A stretch of DNA of 62,733 nucleotides, the filler included, from Blastocystis sp. subtype 4 (taxonomy: Eukaryota): NCBI RefSeq assembly GCF_000743755.1. It is 25 parts of 25 records of this genome, joined end to end, with 100 filler letters (N's around TTAATTAATTAA, not from the genome) between each part and the next. Parts side by side here need not be neighbours in the genome. Positions count along the whole stretch, not along the records: positions 54,542 to 58,405 come from NW_014568837.1; positions 58,506 to 60,557 come from NW_014568835.1; positions 60,658 to 62,733 come from NW_014568834.1; 22 more parts are not named here. One strand, given 5' to 3'. The notes below the pieces were generated by a model. That model was not told the origin of the DNA. It was given only the letters and a program-made list of their open reading frames with translations, and ran no database searches. Shown one piece after another: positions 54,542 through 62,733 of this stretch. Position 1 is the first letter of the stretch, and each line of letters starts with the position of its first letter. A program made the position numbers and the translations under genes.

Positions 54542-56887
54542 TCAATCTGTTGATACTTGAAGAAGGAGAGAAAGCAAAGGAAATCGTCTTCTTCATGGAG
54601 TTCTACACAATGACCATACATGGCTAATAATCGTTCACTCTACATTCATAACAGACACTTATTCCTCACTGTTATATCACTTAACAAATACACACTTCCT
54701 TCATCCAACTCTTCGGATGTACACACACTCCGAAGACGTTGGAATAATACTGTAATCACATGAAGAAGGGATTTCTGGAATTCCCGATCTCCCGCAGGAA
54801 TCACATTTGTCTCAAAACTGTCTCCTGCTTGTTCTGTTGATGTCTCAGCTCCACTTATCTCCGCTGCATTTCGTTTTCGACCATGTCCCTTCTTTGTTTG
54901 TTTGGGTACAGGATGAGTGACAGATGGAGATGAATCGAGTTCAGCTCCTTCATAACACAGAAAGAGTGATATCAAAAGAAGTCGTGTTAACTTGAGTGTG
55001 GCATCAACTCCAGCAGACTGACTACTCTGAGAAATAAACACAGAACAAGCTTTAGCATCCTTGACAAGGAAATTATGAACTCGTTTCACAACACGAGCAT
55101 TCTCTTTCTACATATGAATCAATTGAGTCTTATTCACTTCTTGCCAGAACAGAGGATACAAGAACTTCACATACAGCTTATTAAGGGAATTCGTTGGGTT
55201 ACATCGCTGATCGTACACCATCATTTGAAGGAAATCATCAAGAACCAGAAAACGATCCATATCAAACGATTTGATGTTCTGAAGTTTCACTAACAACTGG
55301 AGGAATACACGACGAACTCGTAAACTCTTATCAAAGAGGAAATTCCAAATTCGATATAACCGTGATATGAAACACGATTATCTAATACTTCCATGATTCC
55401 CTAAAGATGATACACAGACTATGGTTCTACACGGAGACAATATTCACGTACTTCTACTTGACTGTCATAAAGAAGATGTTGAGTGAAATGATCGAATATC
55501 ATGGTGGTAACCGATACAGGAAGCAATTCATAATAATTGGCTACCAATTAGAGAGTCAAACAGCTTCTACCGATAAGATGAAGAATCCCTGCAACAGCAA
55601 CAGATCGCACTTCCGTACAATCATCATCACATAACACCTATCTGTCAATCATTCCTTCTGGCTCTACAAGAATTGATTTGAACTGTTCTTCAATCGAATA
55701 TGATTCTCGACTTTCACTAGACCCCAGAGGGAAACAGTCTGTGAACACAATCACTGCATGTCGTCGTACTCTGGCATTCACAGCAGTGAGAGATCGGAAT
55801 AGAACAGGCTCATACAACTCTGTCAGACGGTTCCATAATTCCTTGTTCTTTCGATAGTGAACGAAACTTCCCAACAAGGACTTTGTGGCAATAAACACAC
55901 GTTGATTGCTTGCATGAATACACAGATTCAAACACTCTTGAATGACATCCTTCTCAATACTTTCACGAATCCTGATTCATATCCACTCCATTCCTCCTAC
56001 CTCACATCTTCACAAGCAATATCACTAGTCATCAGAATATCGCCCCATTTCCGAATAATCCCCGTGGGTAATGACAACAATGAATCCTTCAATACAATGA
56101 GACTCTCTCGAGGGATTGTAGGTGAAAGAGAGAGGAATCTAGATCAGAGAATGAACAAACTGTTACATTGAGAGTAATCGTTTCCCATGAGTATGGTTTA
56201 TGAATTGGGGAAGAGCAATAGAACGAAGAATCAAGGCTTTGAGTGTATTGGATTGAGATGAAGTGAAGTCAATCAACTTGAAACTGTCACGAACTGCATT
56301 TCTAACAGTCAACAACAAGAACCACTATTACAAACGTGTCATATAAGAGTTGAACGAACGATTTAGACTCATAGCCATTGTCATTAAGTAGGTACACATA
56401 TTAGGAATGTAGGTTTCTCTGAAATCCATCTCAGCTATCCAAATCTTCTCAAAGATTCTGCAATAGGATTCTTGCATTTCATCTGTTAATGAAAAGAAGA
56501 TTTCATGAATATAGCCCAACACAAGATCCATTGAGGGACAGCCCGAGATATCATTCTATTCACATTATTGATAGAATTTCAATTCAATACATCCAAAACT
56601 GTTGACAGAATCTTCTGAATNCTATCTATAGGCATATTCCCTGTAGCCATATCCACATCAGCACGATTTATCTCATCAATTGTTTGATAGACCTGACTCC
56701 AAAACTGTTCACATTGCTATCTATTACACCAGTTCCTCATTCTGACCTTCCTCGTCATACTCTGCATAGTTTCCTTCAGATTGAAATCATTTGCTGGATT
56801 CATGTCATCTGCTAGTATTGATAGCACTCCAGATACACAAGAATCACCAGAGATACGAGTTAACAGATCTTTGACTCGCTTTGACAT
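54542..56887 (-). CDS. NCAPG2: Condensin II subunit CAP-G2 (3' partial)
   Basis: LYEPVLFRSLTAVNARVRRHAVIVFTDCFPL and LFDKSLRVR..FLQLL resemble NCAPG2; one apparent frameshift at ~55365. Confidence 0.75.
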
Positions 56888-57008
56888 TTTCACTACAAAT
56901 ATAGATTATCGAGAGAGTTCAATAATTCTCTCGAATGAGTGTTGAAGAGATTTGTTTGAAAAGAGCGGTTCAAGGTCTCATAAAGAGAATTCGTAAGATT
57001 GTTGTTAA

Positions 57009-57090
57009 GACAGTTTGTCCGAGTGGTTAAGGAGACAGACTCGAAATCTGTTGGGCTCTGCCCGCGCAAGTTCGAATCCTGCAGCTGTCG
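57009..57090 (+). tRNA. tRNA-Ser (anticodon CGA)
   Basis: 82-nt cloverleaf with long variable arm, ACAGA-CTCGAAA-TCTGT anticodon arm, TTCGAAT loop and T6 terminator. Confidence 0.95.
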
Positions 57091-57124
57091 CTTTTTTCTA
57101 TCAAACACATTCTAATAAAGGTAC

Positions 57125-58347
57125 TTAATCTTCTTCTTCCTCCATTTCCATTTCTTCTGTTTCTTCTTCTTGCATTCCAACACCTCCAGTTTCGATTGCT
57201 TCTACTTCCCGAATGATTGTCTCACACTTGTCCTTCAACACCTTCAAAGCCTTCACATCATTCAACTCATTATTCTATACTCTTGGAAGTAGAGTCTCTG
57301 CAGATACACAACCCGTAGATTCAACAGAGAAGATGAAATCATTTCGGATCACATTCAGTGATACATGTTCACGATTCTCAGGCAAACGAATACACTCACG
57401 ACACATTCTATTTCTGATTCCTTTCATTTCTTCCTACGTGCAGTTCAAGTCTTTCTTGACTCTCAATGTGTCTTCTCCATTTATATCTTCAATGTCGAAT
57501 ACTCCCATAGGACACACAGAGGCGATACGTCTAGCTGTCTCTCCTACTACTTTATGAGGGAACGTTATTTCAGGTCGCATGCGATATGCAGCAGTACAGA
57601 CAGGAGACCATTTGGCATGAGTCTCACCTATCCCTTTCGTAGCATAACACTCCAGATCCACACACTAATCTATCAACCTCTTCATATCATTACTTGACCA
57701 GGAGCCAATTTGATCAGAATGATATCATCGTGAACCAAACCCAACTTGCCTTCTTCGACCTCCTCTTGTTTGCCCACAGGCTGGAACTCAAGACTCTTAG
57801 AATAGACAGTGAGATATTCAGTCTTTGGATTCCCAGAAATACGTTGCAACTCTGCTACACTCGGACATTCCACTCGTAGTGTGAACTTCAGCGAGTTTTT
57901 GTCTGTGAAATCATTCCGATTGTGTCCATTCTCGCCTGGCTCAGGAACATCCTCAAAATCATCAGGATCGGCCTTGACTGGAATCAAACCAAGACGATGA
58001 CAGAGAACTTCATCCTGGATATGAGTTACTTTTCACTCTACAATACCTGCATCACCGATGTATTGTCATTTAAGTAGACTGTGCTAATTGCCATTGTTGG
58101 AACTTCAGCAATGAGGACCCGACGAATAGNNNNNNNNNNNNNNNNNNNNNNNNNNNNNNNNNNNNNNNNNNNNNAACACGAATACACCATTCCTACATGA
58201 GAAAGAATGTTAATCTTCACGTTATCCTCCAAATTATCCAGGTAGTGCTCAACTGCATTACTTGTTTCAACCACCTAGTGTGAGATCGATCAACCAATAT
58301 GTTACATCCTTAATTCCTGTGAATCCAACCGCAGCCAAAGGTTTCAT
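57125..58347 (-). CDS. RPC40: RNA polymerase I/III subunit AC40 (RPC40/POLR1C)
   Basis: IRRVLIAEVPTMAI, DEVL.HRLGLIP, KLAPGQ, KGIGETHAKWSPV.TA.YR, CPMGVFDIED; internal N gap. Confidence 0.93.
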
Positions 58348-58650
58348 TTCGTATATGGGAGGTTATTTGAGGAGATAGAGACAATTGAAAGAGATGGAGA
58401 AATTCNNNNNNNNNNNNNNNNNNNNNNNNNNNNNNNNNNNNNNNNNNNNTTAATTAATTAANNNNNNNNNNNNNNNNNNNNNNNNNNNNNNNNNNNNNNN
58501 NNNNNGAATCATGTGAAGAAGGTATTGAATCAACATGATCGTATAGCAGGATCAAATACACATGGAAGAACATACAAAACAATCAAAGTGAAATTCTATT
58601 GGGAATGATTGCACAGCAATTAATCAGAGTTCCTCTGATTGTTTGTCTAT

Positions 58651-59681
58651 TCACTTTGATACTTTACTCTTCATCATTTGAACCTCTTGATCAATATCCT
58701 GCAAGTATTGATTCTTGAATTGTTGAACTGCTTCCTTATCCTGAGATACATTAGGAATAGATACTCTACTAAATCTGTTGTTAATGTTGTTATCATTATT
58801 ATCCCACAATGCTCTCACTATTCTCTGACAATCTTGAACAGCAATACAGACATTTTCAATGAATGATAGTGTATTATCATATGAAGTTAACACTCTTTCC
58901 AATAGAGACCATGCAGCTTGTTTGAATGTTGTGAGAGTATTGGCCATTTGCAGTTCCTTTTGTACTGATTGATCAAGAAGATTCTGTATACCATTTGTAG
59001 CATTTGATCTTGCTTTCTGTAATTCTTAAGATGTTCTTGTAATGCCACAATCTGTTTATCTTTCTCATTCAATTCATTTATATGTACCTCTTTAACATGG
59101 ACTGATTCATCCAAATGTTTTGACTTCAGTTCATTAATCTCATTATTCTTCTTTCTTATCTCATTATTGTGTTGTTCATTATTCAGATTCCATTGATATT
59201 GGCATTCTCGTTGTGCATTGTTGATGTATTCTTGTAGTTGTGCAATCATAGCATCTTTTTCATTGATTGCTCTTTGCCAATCACTTTGACTAACATTGTT
59301 TCTGAAAGTGGCATATTCAGTTGATAGTTGATTGAGTTGTCCTTCTGTCATCTCCAGTTTCTGTTTCAGTACTTTAACCTCAGCTAGAGTATCCACAAGT
59401 TTGGTCTGAGTATTTGATATGTATTCTGTTTGTTTGGTGTTTTGACCTCCTTCCCATATATATCCACAAAGAAATGTCTCAAATGGATCGGTGATACTGA
59501 AGGAATTCCTAGCACACACACTACTCATTACAATATAATCTGGTATATCTGGACGTGAATCATAGAGTGCTGAGAGTCTGCTGACTTTATCCTGTGGAAT
59601 CCATTTATCAGTATTCTTATACCGTACACAGTCTCTACCACTGATGGTTTGAACAAAGGCTGATGGTTGTAGATTATCCAT
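58651..59681 (-). CDS. Intronless coiled-coil hypothetical protein (frameshift at ~58980)
   Basis: 264-aa and 98-aa overlapping ORFs in adjacent frames; no recognisable family. Confidence 0.5.
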
Positions 59682-59771
59682 TTTCTACTTTTACTATGTA
59701 AAAGAAAGAACATTATATGTTCTTACATAGAAAAGCAAACTTTACTTTGTTATAACAATCTTCAGTTGCTA

Positions 59772-60557
59772 TTATATGGGAAACGGATTAGGTGGTTGTG
59801 TTGGTTCTGGTGGTCGTGGAAGTACTAAATCAGCATCAAGAACCGGATTAGGATTAGGAAGATCATTATTGTTGTTGCTATTTGATTGTTCTGTTTGTAT
59901 GTGTGGTCGTTTGCGACCACGCTCAATAATAGGCATTTCGATGTTATCACTGTAGTATTTGACTTCATTTGATTTTCTCTTGCAATGTTCCCAAAAAGCA
60001 TCATGACCAGTATCACCTCTTTTGGATTCTATCTTATTTAGGATTCTTATTATCTGTTGATTGTTTTCACTCTGAACTGCTGCTTTGAATGCCTTAAATA
60101 CATCTGATTCTTGTTGATTTCGGAATTCATATTTAAGAGCATTCACAAGCTTTTCCCTATATCTTGTTGAAACTGTATCAATCACACGTGTACCAGGATT
60201 ATATGCTATGACAAAATGCTTAACAGCATCACAAAACTCTATTTTCGTATTACTATCCAGGTAATTTTTACACTTTTTGATTATGTATGCACAGAAATCG
60301 TATACTTCGTTATTTCTCAATTCATTTTTGTCATGAGGAATATTCGTTTCTGTTATTTGCGGTTCTTCAGGTTGAATAACAACTGGTTCTTCTTCTTCTT
60401 CTGAAAGGTCGCCTAATACTGAAGGATCAAATCGAGGATCGAATAGATTTGGTGTGGGAATGATTTCTCTATGAGTTTCAACATTTCCCTTATCAACATC
60501 ATTCCAATTGATTGGTTTGTATACCGATTTCTGTATCCAAATGGTTCTTGCTTGAAT
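59772..60557 (-). CDS. Intronless hypothetical protein (5' partial)
   Basis: Frame is open from the contig edge to TAA at 59772 (~261 aa). Confidence 0.55.
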   Translation of the reverse strand: MQARTIWIQKSVYKPINWNDVDKGNVETHREIIPTPNLFDPRFDPSVLGDLSEEEEEPVVIQPEEPQITETNIPHDKNELRNNEVYDFCAYIIKKCKNYLDSNTKIEFCDAVKHFVIAYNPGTRVIDTVSTRYREKLVNALKYEFRNQQESDVFKAFKAAVQSENNQQIIRILNKIESKRGDTGHDAFWEHCKRKSNEVKYYSDNIEMPIIERGRKRPHIQTEQSNSNNNNDLPNPNPVLDADLVLPRPPEPTQPPNPFPI

Positions 60558-60834
60558 NNNNNNNNNNNNNNNNNNNNNNNNNNNNNNNNNNNNNNNNNNN
60601 NTTAATTAATTAANNNNNNNNNNNNNNNNNNNNNNNNNNNNNNNNNNNNNNNNNNNNGAAAAGAATCAGCATTTGGATATAATTGATCATATTGTTTAAC
60701 TACATCGATTACTCTCATTTCTGGATTGATAGGCATAAAGAACTCATCAACATCATGAAGGTTTAATTGAATCAGTGTTGAGACCAATCAGTTCACTTTG
60801 TATCAAAGTGTTGTTCATTTGATACCAATTCACA

Positions 60835-61975
60835 CCAAGTTTGTAATAGAGATAAGGGCTCCAATGATGAAGTTCAACACAGGAATCATTCAAAGGCTTC
60901 ACATCTTTGAAGAGAATGTAATTGAGAGAGGATAATAAGATAAGAATCGATAGAATGGAACACTCAACAATAGATGAATCAGTTCTATCACTGTACTTCA
61001 TGGTTGAAGAAACATGATATTGGATAATTCTGCTCCATGTATTGAGATCAATACTCTTGTGAATCTTAATGAAGACACTTGTTCAGTAAATGTTATCTTC
61101 TCAAGATGAATCACTAAATGACTTAGATTCTCAGATGAAATAGTTCCTGAGAGATCAGCAGATTCTCTTTCATTTATGTGATCGATGACTGATATAGGAG
61201 TATCAATGAATAAGGGATAGATAAAAAAGGAGTAGAATAGTTGCTATTCTTCAGATGTTGGAGAACTGAACATCACAGAGTCATGGAAACAGTCTTTTCC
61301 TCCTTCCTGTTGTACGAAGTGTCAATAGAATCACATTCCTTGAAGAATAGGAATAAAGGTGAGTCTATTATGAGAGTCAGGAATAAGAATCACAAAGTAT
61401 TAAAAACAGAATGTGTATCAAATTGAATCCTTCAGAAGTGTAGTGTGATGATAATGATAGGGAAGAGATATACAATGGATATTAGTCAACTTAAGTTAAT
61501 AAACAACTATAGTCAGAATAAACCACTGATTAATACTCATTGTATTGATATTCATTATTGTCTATTGAAATGACTAGAAAAGAGTGTTCTTATGATTATT
61601 GCATATGTTCAGTCTATGTCTCTCTTAGTTCTAATACTAGACTGATTGTTGATTTGCAACTACAGAAGGGCAAACTAGTGACTGTTGAAGAAATGAACTC
61701 TGAGAAACGATTCCTTTTGATGACATATTGATCAAGCAAAGGAGAAACTCTCTGGTTGTGGTAGCAATCTTGCTAGCAAACAGAACTATGAATTGGAGAA
61801 TGAAACAAAACAGGAAGATGGATATCATCTGGAATTCGGATCTACTAGCAAGAAAACTGTCATCATTAAGCCCACTTTGAATAAGTTGTTTGTATTGAAG
61901 GAAGAAATTAAGAAGCTCTTTAGTATCGATATTGCAAAAGACTGTCTAGAACAAGTACTCTACACTTGTATCGAG
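60835..61975. repeat. Second copy of the duplicated GT61-pseudogene segment
   Basis: Minus-strand ITFTEQV..TRVLISIHGAELSNIMFLQP*STVIEL; matches 21675-22830. Confidence 0.75.
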
Positions 61976-62181
61976 GAATGGCAAAGAATGATGCTACTCA
62001 AGGAGCATTGTTTGATATGATTCTATTATCAGATTGTGATGGATTGATTACATGTTCAAGAAGTGGATTTGGTAGAGTTGCTTCTTCTTTGAGTAGTTCT
62101 ATTCATCAACGAATCTATCGAGTCACTCATTCTCCTGCTATTCATTTCAATCTCACAACAAGATCATGTAATCAGTTTTAG
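61976..62181 (+). pseudogene. Fucosyltransferase-like C-terminal fragment
   Basis: ALFDMILLSDCDGLITCSRSGFGRVA resembles the GT37/GT23/GT11 motif; it abuts the repeat end. Confidence 0.5.
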
Positions 62182-62733
62182 TACTTTCTATTTGTTTATA
62201 ATAAACATCATAGATTCTATTGCAGGTCACATTATTCTTGTAGTTAGGGATAATGAATGTCAAATTGGGACATAGACGATAATCTGCTTCCCTAAGTGTA
62301 TACAACTGAGTTTTGCGAATATTTCGATTCCACAATACATCTCTCTCTTCCTTCTTGCGAGTATGAAGTCGATAATTATCAAATCCCTGATGATAATGGA
62401 TAGCTACACTTATCACCATCCTACAAGCTCACCTGCTTCTGAAATATCAACTAAAGTCAATCCAAGTGAGTGTGGATGAGATGTTGCAATGTAATCAATC
62501 CACCTTCTTCCAACAACAGCATTGGCTATCAAATGAAGAGGATATGTAGGAGTATAGATGAAGATATCCTAGAATGAGATACATTAAGAACCAATACACA
62601 ACCAGTTGGACTTCGCATTCTAACTTCTTCACTAAGATTAGATACTGCTTTGAAGTATGATTCTATTGTAAGATTTGAAATCATGTTTTCATGAATGTTG
62701 ATATTTCCAACTCTCGATCCTATCATCAACTAC

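Noticed and set aside
57066..57082. A-C mismatch in the tRNA-Ser T-stem as a sign of editing or pseudogenisation
   Set aside because: A single mismatch; the rest of the cloverleaf and the terminator are intact.

Overview
Not a contiguous locus: 25 short (~2-4 kb) draft contigs joined by 24 artificial N-TTAATTAATTAA-N linkers, so adjacency across linkers is meaningless. The DNA is from a compact, AT-rich eukaryote with ~30-nt introns and a TGTTTGTT motif placed 4 nt after gene 3' ends. This combination points to the gut stramenopile Blastocystis (inference). Housekeeping genes, many partial: CTP synthase, PPAN, RPS4, AspRS, a STE20/MST kinase, RPS11, DAP3, BUD32, actin, threonine dehydrogenase, DsbA/FrnE, TyrRS, INCENP-like, CHMP1, an E2 enzyme, a UDP-HexNAc dehydrogenase, ClpB/Hsp101, SF3B2, BUD23, BRX1, NCAPG2, RPC40, plus a 5S rRNA and tRNA-Ser(CGA). 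Also present are expanded surface-protein families (Ig-like/PA14/carbohydrate-binding/LRR) and pseudogenes. Highlights: (1) an apparent multicopy endogenous Polinton/Maverick-like virus, with four copies of a penton-like gene and two copies of a >330-bp terminal repeat ending sharply in (AGT)3; (2) genes whose stop codon is probably made by polyadenylation (BUD32, CHMP1); (3) a 41-nt AT-AC minor intron and a GA-AG intron; (4) surface-protein paralogues with near-identical frameworks and hypervariable loops; (5) a ~55-bp palindromic element upstream of two ribosome-biogenesis genes.
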